Notes: generated from the sequence alone by a model not told the origin. Shown: positions 29,783 through 38,695, counted from the stretch's first letter. The stretch is 64,000 nucleotides of DNA from Candidatus Kaiserbacteria bacterium (GCA_023267655.1 JAHFMV010000004.1:10044-74043), one strand, 5' to 3'. Numbers and translations: made by a program.

Positions 29783-29860
29783 CGACTAGCCAATAGTCAC
29801 TAGGGGAAATACAAGACGCATTTCCTAGTCGCTATTGGCTAGTGGCTATATACTGTTCCT
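29773..29860. repeat. Heptad-repeat element, full copy with inverted arms (locus 4): TAGCCAC-TAGCGAC-TAGCCAA-TAGTCAC-TAGGGG...18 nt...CCTA-GTCGCTA-TTGGCTA-GTGGCTA-TATACT-GTTCCT-ATG
   Basis: Four heptads at 29773-29800 and the opposite-orientation arm at 29824-29848. TATACT is 6 nt before the exonuclease gene ATG at 29861. Confidence 0.85.
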
Positions 29861-30454
29861 ATGCTCGTCGTTGACGTTGAAGCTTCAGGAACAGAAGCCC
29901 ACAAGCATTCCATCGTTTCGGTGGGCGCTTTGGATTTGGCGAATCCGACGAATCGTTTTTACGAAGAATGCCGTGTCTGGGACGGCGCACATATCATGGA
30001 TGAGGCACTCGCGGTCAATGGCTTTACTAAAGAGCAGATTACTGATCCGAAGAAACAAAGTGAAGCGGATCTCGTGCACGCATTCATGCATTGGAGCAAG
30101 GATTTACCGGAAAAAACGCTCGCGGGACAAAACGTTTCGTTTGATCGCGATTTCTTGAAATACGCATCGGAGAGAGCAGGGCACACTGAATGGCCATTCG
30201 CCTACCGCACGATTGATACACATACCCTTTGCTACATGCACTACGTGACCCATGGCAAACAACCGCCGGTCATGAAGAATCGTTCCGCCCTGGATCTGGA
30301 CGCCGTCCTTAACTACTGCGGCATTCCCGAGGAACCGCACCCTCACAACGCTCTCACTGGCGCGCTTTCGCACGCGGAAGTCATCTCCCGCCTTCTGTAC
30401 GGTAGGAAACTTCTTCCGGAATTTTCACAGTTTGAAATTCCGTGGAAGAAATAG
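29861..30454 (+). CDS. 3'-5' exonuclease, DEDDh (DnaQ-like) family
   Basis: Exo I motif VVDVEASG, an Exo II-like region, and Exo III H-x4-D (HNALTGALSHAEV). Confidence 0.7.
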   Translation: MLVVDVEASGTEAHKHSIVSVGALDLANPTNRFYEECRVWDGAHIMDEALAVNGFTKEQITDPKKQSEADLVHAFMHWSKDLPEKTLAGQNVSFDRDFLKYASERAGHTEWPFAYRTIDTHTLCYMHYVTHGKQPPVMKNRSALDLDAVLNYCGIPEEPHPHNALTGALSHAEVISRLLYGRKLLPEFSQFEIPWKK

Positions 30455-30468
30455 TCCGCAGTACAACT

Positions 30469-30777
30469 TTATCCACGTCGAGTAATCAGGGACTTTAAAG
30501 ATGCGCGTCTCTTGAACTCGACAGCCTTTAAAAAATCAGTGAGATCGTCGCGAGCGGTAAAGCTATACGCTCGGATACGCGCATCGTCAACATCCGGATA
30601 GGGGATTTGTATGCATTCGATGATGTTTCCTGCGCTGAAATACGCCAACATCTTATCTGGGTTGCTCGTCTGCCCGCATTCGATGACTAGTTTCTTATCT
30701 ACACTCAGCACGTCGGGGTAATAGCCGCAAAAGGGCGCCTCAAACCGGACTTCTTTCCCGTATTCGCGAGAGACCAA
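30469..30777 (-). CDS. hypothetical protein (102 aa), possible minimal PD-(D/E)xK-like fold
   Basis: YPDVLSVDKKLVIECGQ loosely resembles the PD...(D/E)xK core of Hjc/YraN-type nucleases. Last gene of the recombinase operon. Speculative. Confidence 0.35.
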   Translation of the reverse strand: MVSREYGKEVRFEAPFCGYYPDVLSVDKKLVIECGQTSNPDKMLAYFSAGNIIECIQIPYPDVDDARIRAYSFTARDDLTDFLKAVEFKRRASLKSLITRRG

Positions 30778-30809
30778 GACCTGTGCAAGTTTTTTGAGCG
30801 CGATATGCG

Positions 30810-31019
30810 CTACGCCTCCGCCTCGGCATCATAATTGCCTTTGCGCGAAATTATCTCGATCTGTTCAAGGTATTCTTCTTTCGTTGAGATTGAGAATTCC
30901 TCATAGTGGAGATATCCCTCATCAACAAGAAACGCGATCTCCTGTACAAGCTCTTCAGAGGCCGTAAAGGCATGGGCGCTTGAATAAAAGATCGCTCGGA
31001 TTTTATCGATAGTGGACAT
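30810..31019 (-). CDS. hypothetical acidic small protein (69 aa)
   Basis: ORF 3 nt downstream of the recombinase gene, same strand. Confidence 0.4.
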   Translation of the reverse strand: MSTIDKIRAIFYSSAHAFTASEELVQEIAFLVDEGYLHYEEFSISTKEEYLEQIEIISRKGNYDAEAEA

Positions 31020-31022
31020 ACC

Positions 31023-31988
31023 TTACGAATCTTTCATACGCGAACCGCCGTGGAATTTCTCGTGAATGTCGCGCAGGCGCTTGTTGGTGACATGGGTATA
31101 GATCTGTGTCGTCGCGACGTTCTTGTGGCCGAGGAGTTCTTGAACACTGCGCAAATCCGCCCCGTGGAATAGAAGATCGGTCGCGTACGAATGGCGTAAG
31201 GTATGCGGTGTCACTTTTTTAGAAAGACCGGCGGCACGCGCGTATTTTCCTATCACGACCTGGATATACCGAGGGGAGAGGCGTCGCATCTCCGGGTTGC
31301 GCGTGCGCGTATTGATGAACAGCGGCTTTTCGTCATCGCCTCGTGTGGCGAGATATGCACGTATCCAGCCGCCCGCGCGCGGCGAAAGAAAAATAGTGCG
31401 CACGCGTTTCCCCTTGCCGATTATTGAAAGTTCGATGGTCATGTTCGGATCCTTCTTTCCTTTTAAGATCGATACCTGATCAACATTCAGCGCCGTCAAC
31501 TCCGATATGCGCATGCCGGATGAGAAAAACGTCTCCAAAATCGCCTTGTCACGTAAACCCTCTGGTTTCGTAGTGTTAGGCAATTGCAGGATACGTTCGA
31601 TCTCGTGCACTTCGAGAAATGAGATGTTTTCTTCCGTTTTCTGTTTTGCCAATTTTATTTTTGCTGAGGGAAGAGATGTAATGTCTCTTTCCGCGAAGAA
31701 ATCAAGAAGTGCACGAACGGCTATCAAATAATAATTTTGTGATTTGCGGGCCAGGCTATCGCCGCGCGGCGATTTGTAACCTCGTGCAAGATAGAGGCGA
31801 TAATCCCATACATGTTTTGCGGTGAGTTCTTCTGGCCGCAGTTTCTGGTTGTTGGTATGTCTCAACCAGTTCATAAAGATTTTTAAATACTGGCGGTAAT
31901 TACGCTGCGTATTATTTGAAAGCCCTTTTTCAATCTCACAATAGTCGAGAAAAGGGTAGAGGTATTCAATAATGGGCTTTTGAGACAT
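31023..31988 (-). CDS. tyrosine site-specific recombinase (XerC/XerD family)
   Basis: C-terminal catalytic region ...HTLRHSYATDLLFHGADLRSVQELLGHKNVATTQIYTHV (R..H..R..Y active site) and an N-terminal SAM-like core-binding domain. Confidence 0.85.
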   Translation of the reverse strand: MSQKPIIEYLYPFLDYCEIEKGLSNNTQRNYRQYLKIFMNWLRHTNNQKLRPEELTAKHVWDYRLYLARGYKSPRGDSLARKSQNYYLIAVRALLDFFAERDITSLPSAKIKLAKQKTEENISFLEVHEIERILQLPNTTKPEGLRDKAILETFFSSGMRISELTALNVDQVSILKGKKDPNMTIELSIIGKGKRVRTIFLSPRAGGWIRAYLATRGDDEKPLFINTRTRNPEMRRLSPRYIQVVIGKYARAAGLSKKVTPHTLRHSYATDLLFHGADLRSVQELLGHKNVATTQIYTHVTNKRLRDIHEKFHGGSRMKDS

Positions 31989-32303
31989 AAGTAGTATAAG
32001 GATAGCACTCTCAAAATCTTTGATACATATCAGGGAAGGGGGGCGGTTAGGTTTTCGATTTGCAATTTCTTACCTACAAGCGGGAATGATATGAAGAACG
32101 GACAAATACCTTTTTGAACTCATCGTGGTGTAATAGGGGAAAGATGAAGAAGGTGCCTTGGGTTCCCGAGATATACATATTCGCACAATATATGTAAAAC
32201 GAATAATACCTATAGCAAAACCGCACGTCTAGAGCGGCCTGTGGATACTGCTTAGGTTGCCGAGGTCCTACGAATCGATGGTTGCTTTGTTATCATTCCC
32301 TAC

Positions 32304-33026
32304 ATGTCATACGCAGACAAAATTAAAAAGATTCTTCCCCAAGATATGCGTCGGCTTTTTTCTACGCTCACTACTCCCTTTAAGGTTCAAAACTACCTCG
32401 ATACCCTTTCAATAAATTTCGAAATATCGGGGGAGTCGAACTCCTCGCCCGTCCAAGTTTTTGAGAAAAAGACAGCGCATTGTTTTGAAGGAGCCGTTTT
32501 TGCAGCGGCGGTACTTGCCTTCCATGGTCACAAACCGCTTTTGATGGACTTTGCGACCGCATATGACGACGAAGATCATACGGTTGCCCTTTTCAAGAAA
32601 AATAATCGTTGGGGCGCGATCAGTAAAACAAATCATGCGGTTTTAAAATACCGCGACCCGATTTACAAAACGCCGCGCGAACTCGCAATGAGTTATTTTC
32701 ACGAATATTATTTGTGGGATGGACGGAAATCGCTGCGCGGGTATTCGGCACCGTTCGACCTTTCCAAGTATCCACCCGAAAAATGGATTACGTCGGGGGA
32801 GTCCCCGAAGGATAGCAAGCTGCCTACGGGGCGGGCGCTCGACTGGGTCATGGCCAAGCTTTCAAAAACACGTTACTTCCCTGTCGTTCCGGATAATTTT
32901 GAACGGCAATTACGCCGCGCATCGAATGTTGAATTGCGCGCGCTCAAAATTGTCGGAGAAAAAGATCCGCGGTCTAAAGGTACTGCAAAGGATCAAGATA
33001 CCCGCTCGGTGCGGAAACAGGCATAA
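32304..33026 (+). CDS. hypothetical protein, possible papain-like (C39/BtrH_N-like) cysteine peptidase fold
   Basis: The Cys in TAHCFEGAVFAAAVLAFHG (Cys embedded in a hydrophobic helix) plus downstream His residues resemble the C39-like/BtrH_N arrangement. Weak. Overlaps the 3' end of the convergent M23 peptidase gene by ~50 nt. Confidence 0.4.
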   Translation: MSYADKIKKILPQDMRRLFSTLTTPFKVQNYLDTLSINFEISGESNSSPVQVFEKKTAHCFEGAVFAAAVLAFHGHKPLLMDFATAYDDEDHTVALFKKNNRWGAISKTNHAVLKYRDPIYKTPRELAMSYFHEYYLWDGRKSLRGYSAPFDLSKYPPEKWITSGESPKDSKLPTGRALDWVMAKLSKTRYFPVVPDNFERQLRRASNVELRALKIVGEKDPRSKGTAKDQDTRSVRKQA

Positions 33027-34236
33027 CCGCGTTATTGCAGCCTTTACCGGAGCTTAGCTGGCGAACCTGCACCGCATCAGACGCGTACAGAGAGAGATGC
33101 AAATGCGGACCGGTCGCGTACCCTGTTGCTCCCGAATATCCGATGGTCTCGCCGGTTGAGACACTCTCCCCTTGCGATGCGTTGATTTGTGACAAGTGCC
33201 CGTACAACGTGGAAAGACCATTGTTGTGTTTGATGAGAACCCACTTGCCGTACGAATAACATCCGTAAATCGCGTCGGTGTTGCCGGTTGCAGTGATGAT
33301 GCCGCTCAAGACGGCCTTTACTGGTGTCCCGATCGAGGCCGCAAAGTCGACACCGTTGTGCGTTCCCGACGAATAGAGTCGGCCGGAATCAGCGGTTTTT
33401 CCAAACTGCTGCGTGATGCGGATCGTATCGAGCGGCCAGTGCAAGATGCCTTTCCCCGACGGCGGCAGGCGCGACGGATCGAGCGTGTATTGCAGTTTAG
33501 ACTCGAGTTCATTCAACGATTGTTCAAAGACCACTTTCGACGCCTGCTTCTGCTTCAAAAGCGACTGATAATTTGATTCTTGGGATTTTGTCTGCGTGAG
33601 GAGCTCTTGTTGCGCTTTCTTTTGGACGGCGAGCGATTGTTGTTCCGACGTGAGATCGCCTTTTTGGCGAACTAATTCGGCTTGTTTTGCCTCCTGTTCT
33701 TTCTTATTGTCGGTCAGCTCTACTTTTGCCGCCTGAAGCGCTTCCACATGGCTGTGTAAGTTTTCTTGGAACGCTATTGCGTTTTCCGCGTCGTCCCACA
33801 TACCGCTCAAGGATTGATTTGAAAAAACCATCTCGGCAAGCGACGCCGAGTCGCTCTCTTGGAGCGAGCGGATACTCTCGCCTACTGCTGCGGTGTCGAG
33901 TGCGATAGAGGACTCTTTATTTGAGATACTTCCCGTGAGGGCCGTGATTTCAAGCTCCGTCGTCGCGATTTTATTCTGAATTGCTTTTATTTTTGCCTGC
34001 GTCTGTTTGTACGAAATATCGAGCGAGTTGATCGCGCCTTGCAATGTCTGTTTTTTTGATCCAATCGTCGTTAGTTGTTGTTCGTACGCGGCGATTTCCT
34101 TATTCAATGAGTCGAGTTGCGATTGATGCGTTGCAATTTGTGATTTGATTTCATCTGCGCTCTGGGCGAAAAGAACCAATGGAAAAAACAGCGCGAAAAA
34201 CGCCGTCACGCCTATGCTGTTCCGCGCTGATTTCAT
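32974..34236 (-). CDS. M23 family metallopeptidase with N-terminal signal peptide and long coiled-coil (EnvC-like)
   Basis: C-terminal LytM motifs HNGVDFAA...G and HLHLSLY, about 250 aa of coiled coil, and a signal peptide. Confidence 0.8.
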   Translation of the reverse strand: MKSARNSIGVTAFFALFFPLVLFAQSADEIKSQIATHQSQLDSLNKEIAAYEQQLTTIGSKKQTLQGAINSLDISYKQTQAKIKAIQNKIATTELEITALTGSISNKESSIALDTAAVGESIRSLQESDSASLAEMVFSNQSLSGMWDDAENAIAFQENLHSHVEALQAAKVELTDNKKEQEAKQAELVRQKGDLTSEQQSLAVQKKAQQELLTQTKSQESNYQSLLKQKQASKVVFEQSLNELESKLQYTLDPSRLPPSGKGILHWPLDTIRITQQFGKTADSGRLYSSGTHNGVDFAASIGTPVKAVLSGIITATGNTDAIYGCYSYGKWVLIKHNNGLSTLYGHLSQINASQGESVSTGETIGYSGATGYATGPHLHLSLYASDAVQVRQLSSGKGCNNAVMPVSAPSGYLDPLQYL

Positions 34237-34238
34237 AA

Positions 34239-35573
34239 TTACTGTTCAGAGGCTGCACGAATTCGTTTGAGTGTTTCGTCCTTCCCGATGATCGCTGCTA
34301 TCGTAAAGGGATCAGGCGATTTGTCGCGTCCCGAGAGGGCATAGCGGAGTGGCCACAAGACTGCACCCCTCCCCTTTTCTTCGGCATAATCCCAGAGCGC
34401 GTCTTTCAGCGTCGCGGCGTCGTATGCATCGTCCGGAATCTTCTCAAGTGCCTGCGCGACAAACGTCAGATGTTCTTTTGCCATTCCGCTCGTGCTTTTC
34501 CTGTCGGGGATCTTTGCCGCGTCCACTGATGGCTCTGAAAAGAAATAATCGAACTCGCCGTCCTGCACAAGCGCTCGCACGTCATCATAAATGCTTATGC
34601 GCTCTCGAATGATCGGAACAAGCAAACGCGCCTTCCCATCATCCCAAAGTATCCCGCGCCCTTCAAGTTCCGTCTTCATGATGTTGAGAACGTCCATTGT
34701 AAATTCTTCACCCTTCAGTACTAGATACTGACGATTGTACCAGCGTAACTTTTCTTCATTAAAGACGGCGCCGGCTTTGTGGATGCCCTCGAGGGAAAAG
34801 GCTTCTATCAATTCAGGGAGGGTATAGAGTTCTCGATCCCCTGCCCCTTCACTCCAGCCGAGAAGCGCGATGAAATTAATCATCGCTTCGGGTAGATACC
34901 CTTTCGCACGAAAATCTTTGAGAGCGGTTTGATGTTTGCGCTTCGACATTTTTGTCCTGTCAGGAGCGAGGATGAGCGGCAAGTGCGCGTACACCGGACG
35001 CGGATAGCCGAGTGCTTCTTGAATCAGAATCTGTCGCGGCGTGTTTGAGATATGATCCTCTCCGCGGATGATGTGCGTAATCTGTGCATCGCCATCATCA
35101 ACAACAACTGCAAAATGGTACAGAGGATCGTCGATAGAGCGGGCGATCACAAAGTCTTTTAATTCCGTCGTATCAAAGGTGATATCGCCGCGGATGACGT
35201 CATTAAACGTGATCGAGCGGCCGGGATTACGCAAACGTACAACTTCCACTTCCCTGACACTGTCATCTTTCGCAACTTCCTTCGAAATATACGCTTTGTC
35301 TTCAGCAACTAATTTTCGCAGCAGTTCTTTGTGTCGCTCCAGATGTTCCGACTGCACATATTTTTCATCAAACGAAAGCCCAAGCCAGTTGAATGAATCG
35401 TAAATGTCCTGCAGAAATTCCGGTGAGTTCCGTTTTTTGTCCGTATCCTCGACGCGTAGGATGATCGCACCGCCTTCCTTCTTTGCGAACAAATAATTGT
35501 AGAGCGCGGTGCGTGCTAAACCAAAGTGGAAGTATCCCGTTGGTGACGGAGCTATTCTCACGCGTACACTCAT
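34239..35573 (-). CDS. gltX: glutamate--tRNA ligase
   Basis: Class I HIGH motif as PSPTGYFHFG and KMSKS as KMSKRKHQ, with GluRS-family conservation throughout. 444 aa. -10-like TAGAAT lies 6 nt upstream of the ATG. Confidence 0.9.
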   Translation of the reverse strand: MSVRVRIAPSPTGYFHFGLARTALYNYLFAKKEGGAIILRVEDTDKKRNSPEFLQDIYDSFNWLGLSFDEKYVQSEHLERHKELLRKLVAEDKAYISKEVAKDDSVREVEVVRLRNPGRSITFNDVIRGDITFDTTELKDFVIARSIDDPLYHFAVVVDDGDAQITHIIRGEDHISNTPRQILIQEALGYPRPVYAHLPLILAPDRTKMSKRKHQTALKDFRAKGYLPEAMINFIALLGWSEGAGDRELYTLPELIEAFSLEGIHKAGAVFNEEKLRWYNRQYLVLKGEEFTMDVLNIMKTELEGRGILWDDGKARLLVPIIRERISIYDDVRALVQDGEFDYFFSEPSVDAAKIPDRKSTSGMAKEHLTFVAQALEKIPDDAYDAATLKDALWDYAEEKGRGAVLWPLRYALSGRDKSPDPFTIAAIIGKDETLKRIRAASEQ

Positions 35574-35589
35574 ACGCGGATTCTATTTT

Positions 35590-35617
35590 GAAAATTGAAA
35601 ATTGAAAATTGAAAATT
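35590..35617. repeat. (GAAAATT)x4 perfect heptad tandem, ~20 nt upstream of the gltX start on the minus strand
   Basis: Read directly. On the minus strand: (AATTTTC)4-AAAA-TAGAAT-CCGCGT-ATG. Confidence 0.85.
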
Positions 35618-35625
35618 CATGCACT

Positions 35626-36765
35626 TCATACCGGCTCGTGTTCGAGAGCAGTTTCAAGAATAATTTCCGCAATTTTACGTCCTGCTTGTGGGCGGGAAAA
35701 TTCTTTGGCCGCAGCTGACATGCGGGCACGTAATTCTTGATCGTTCATTATGCGCTCGATTTCAGCCACAAGAACATGCGGCGTAAGGTTGCGCTGTTCG
35801 ATGACGATCGCCGCGCCCGAGCGCGCATACGAGAATGCGTTTTCAGTTTGGTCGTGTGATACATCGAGCGGGATTGGAACAAGGATCGCCGGAATACCCC
35901 ACGACGCAAGCTCAAAAATAGTACCGGAACCCGCGCGCGCGAGAATGAGCGATGTCACTCCCGCGGCCATCTTGAGAGCGAGCGCATTCAAGAGACCAAA
36001 GATACGATATCGGTCGGCATGTTGTGAATTGCGAAGCGCGACGCTCGAAATACCTTTGACTTCTTCGAGATTCGAATTGCCGACTTGATGGACGACGTTA
36101 TATTTCTCGAGCAACGTCGGGAGCGCATCGAGCACCGTTTCGTTGATCGCCCGTGCGCCTTGTGAGCCGCCCATAATGAAAATCGTCGGCGTGTTTGGAT
36201 CTAATTTGAGAAATTCGTGCCCGCCTTCGCGCGCGACATTTTCTATTTCTCGACGGATCGGATGACCTACGCGCGCCATCCTGTCTTTTACTTTTGCGGG
36301 AAAGCCTGCTGCTGCGTCAGGATGTGCGACCGCGATCCAACGAGCAAATTTCGATGACCAGAGCGAGACTTTCCCCGGCTTTGCGTCAGCGTCGTAAATA
36401 ACCACAGGGATCCGCAAGAGGCGTGCGCAAAAAAGTGTAGAAAATGCGGCGTAGCTGCCGGTTGAAAAGACGACATCGGGATAGACGGAAAATAATTTGG
36501 GAAAAGTGCGCAGGACGGCGAAGGCGAGTTTGAAGAAACCAAAGTGGGTGCGCTTGCCGTCTTTGCGAATGGTCGCGCCGCCAACGGGGACGTAATCGAT
36601 GTCATGTTCCGGCAGAACCGATGGATCAAACGGTGCGGGTCCAAAGTAAAAATATTGCGGCTCGAGCAATTTCTTTTCGTTACAAATATCCTCGATCCCC
36701 TGCACAACGGCAATCAGGGGATAAAAATGTCCCCCTGTTCCGCCACCGGTAAGCGCGATCTTCAT
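35626..36765 (-). CDS. murG: undecaprenyldiphospho-muramoylpentapeptide beta-N-acetylglucosaminyltransferase
   Basis: MKIALTGGGTGGHFYPLIAV N-terminal G-loop and GT-B fold conservation. Confidence 0.9.
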   Translation of the reverse strand: MKIALTGGGTGGHFYPLIAVVQGIEDICNEKKLLEPQYFYFGPAPFDPSVLPEHDIDYVPVGGATIRKDGKRTHFGFFKLAFAVLRTFPKLFSVYPDVVFSTGSYAAFSTLFCARLLRIPVVIYDADAKPGKVSLWSSKFARWIAVAHPDAAAGFPAKVKDRMARVGHPIRREIENVAREGGHEFLKLDPNTPTIFIMGGSQGARAINETVLDALPTLLEKYNVVHQVGNSNLEEVKGISSVALRNSQHADRYRIFGLLNALALKMAAGVTSLILARAGSGTIFELASWGIPAILVPIPLDVSHDQTENAFSYARSGAAIVIEQRNLTPHVLVAEIERIMNDQELRARMSAAAKEFSRPQAGRKIAEIILETALEHEPV

Positions 36766-37082
36766 GCGGCTATTTTACACTAAATTTGCTCTGCAAGCGC
36801 CCGCTCGCGCCGCTAGGCGGTATTTCTCCCACCCGAACACGAACTAATCGGATTTCATGACGTCACATCTACTACTGTATGTCTACACGTATTTGTATTT
36901 GCTGCGCGATGTTCTCTGGGAGGAATACCGCCTATCGTCGTCTCGCTACTTCTTGTGGTCATTTTGGCGCCAAAACGGCCTCTGCGAGTCTTTTCGGCTG
37001 AAAAGATCCGCAGCAGATTATAAAGGGAGGTGAAGTTTAACGTTCCTGGTTGCATGAAATTACGTGCTACAGTGTCTGATAT

Positions 37083-37589
37083 ATGGGTGAGCCGATCAAT
37101 TTTTTGAAGAAAAAGGCTGAGCGAGATACTCAAAAGAAAAGCAGTCACTCACCGATAATAGAAAGCGAAAATACTGCAGAAGTAGCGAGTGTAGATTTTG
37201 GTAAATTAGCTGATAACACATGTTTTGATCTTGGGCATAAATATCGTTTTTTGGTATTGAAAGATGGTTTCCCGGAAGATAGAAAATTAGCGCACGATGT
37301 GACGATGCGATTGAGACGAGCACTGGGGCCGCTTGCGGATGAATTTGGTGCCAACGCGCTGTACAACCTCATGGGCGTGCAAGTGCTTTTTTCGCAAACG
37401 ACAACGGAGTATAAGATTGCATCTGGTGGTTGGCGAAGGCTATATCTCAGCAACAGTTTCACCGAAGAAGAAGTTCAGAATCAGATTAGACCACTATTAG
37501 CGGCCATGACCCCCGAACAACGAAAAGCCAACACGAATATACACAACGTAATTTATGGTGACGGTTTGGATCCGTTCAAGAAAGACTAG
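37083..37589 (+). CDS. hypothetical protein (168 aa)
   Basis: ORF on the opposite strand between murG and ftsW. No recognisable motif. Confidence 0.45.
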   Translation: MGEPINFLKKKAERDTQKKSSHSPIIESENTAEVASVDFGKLADNTCFDLGHKYRFLVLKDGFPEDRKLAHDVTMRLRRALGPLADEFGANALYNLMGVQVLFSQTTTEYKIASGGWRRLYLSNSFTEEEVQNQIRPLLAAMTPEQRKANTNIHNVIYGDGLDPFKKD

Positions 37590-38695
37590 TGAGTTCCTTT
37601 TCTTCTCCGCGAAATGTTCAGTAAGATGCCCGCGCTCGCGAGGGAGACTAACATTGCGCTGCCGCCTTGGGAGATAAACGTGAGGGGCACGCCGGTAAGT
37701 GGCGCCATGCCGAGCATGGCGGCGACGTTGATGAATGCTTCGCCGACAAGGTAGGTGGAAATGCCGACGGCGAGAAGTCCACCGAAGAGATCGGTGGAAT
37801 GCGCTGCGACACCGTACCCGCGGAGGCCAAGCACGAGAAAAAGAACGATGAGTATTCCGCCGCCGATAAAGCCCAATTCTTCGGCGATCACTGCAAAAAT
37901 AGAATCCCCCATCGGCTCGGGAAGATACGTAAATTTCTGTACGCCTTGGCCGAATCCGCGTCCAAAAAAACCGCCGGAGCCGATTGCGATCAGTGATTGC
38001 CGGATTTGGTAGCCTTCGGAGAGCGTATTTTGTTCTTGCGGACGGAAAAACGTGTCGATACGCTGATACACGTAATGATAATGCGGTGTGAGCGACAAAA
38101 GTCCGAGCGCCATTACGGCAACGACACCGATAAGCGCGATGTCGCGTACGCGAGCGCCCGCAGCGATAAAAATTGCAAGAACTGAAAACGAAATGATGCC
38201 GAGCGTTCCTAAGTCGGGTTGCAAAAGTAGAATTATTCCCGGGAGCGCGAGTGCGCCAAGAAACGCGACGGGCCCTTTCCAGCTCGCGGTTTGCTCACGC
38301 AGGAGCGAAAAGTACCACGCGGTCGCCATGATCGTGCCGAGTTTTAAAAATTCCGACGGCTGGAGCGTCATAAATCGCAGATCGATCCAACGCCGCCCCC
38401 CGCCGTGCTCGAATCCAATGCCCGGCATGAATACTAGTGCGGTGAGAACGATCGTAAACGCATAAAAATACGGCGCGAGTGCCCGCCATCGTCGATAATC
38501 AACCGCAAGCGCGATGATCAGGAGGACAAGGCCAACGCCAATACCGAGGACAAGGTGATTGAAAACGACGGATGAAATATGCGTCGCTCCGCGCGCCAAG
38601 AGCCCGAGCGCCGCCGACGTAAACACCAGCGCACCGCCGATGACCAATGCCGCCAAAAGCACCAGCAGTATCGTATCAACCCGAGCACTCCGCAT
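37586..38695 (-). CDS. ftsW: peptidoglycan glycosyltransferase FtsW/RodA (SEDS family)
   Basis: 10-TM SEDS topology with conserved periplasmic loop motifs. Located in the murG-mraY cluster. Confidence 0.85.
   Translation of the reverse strand: MRSARVDTILLVLLAALVIGGALVFTSAALGLLARGATHISSVVFNHLVLGIGVGLVLLIIALAVDYRRWRALAPYFYAFTIVLTALVFMPGIGFEHGGGRRWIDLRFMTLQPSEFLKLGTIMATAWYFSLLREQTASWKGPVAFLGALALPGIILLLQPDLGTLGIISFSVLAIFIAAGARVRDIALIGVVAVMALGLLSLTPHYHYVYQRIDTFFRPQEQNTLSEGYQIRQSLIAIGSGGFFGRGFGQGVQKFTYLPEPMGDSIFAVIAEELGFIGGGILIVLFLVLGLRGYGVAAHSTDLFGGLLAVGISTYLVGEAFINVAAMLGMAPLTGVPLTFISQGGSAMLVSLASAGILLNISRRRKGTH

Noticed and set aside
32815-32832. CTGCCTACGGGGCGGG, resembling the 3' half of the conserved hairpin motif
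   Set aside because: It lies inside the 32304-33026 coding sequence (encodes LPTGRA), it lacks the 5' arm, and it is most likely coincidental.
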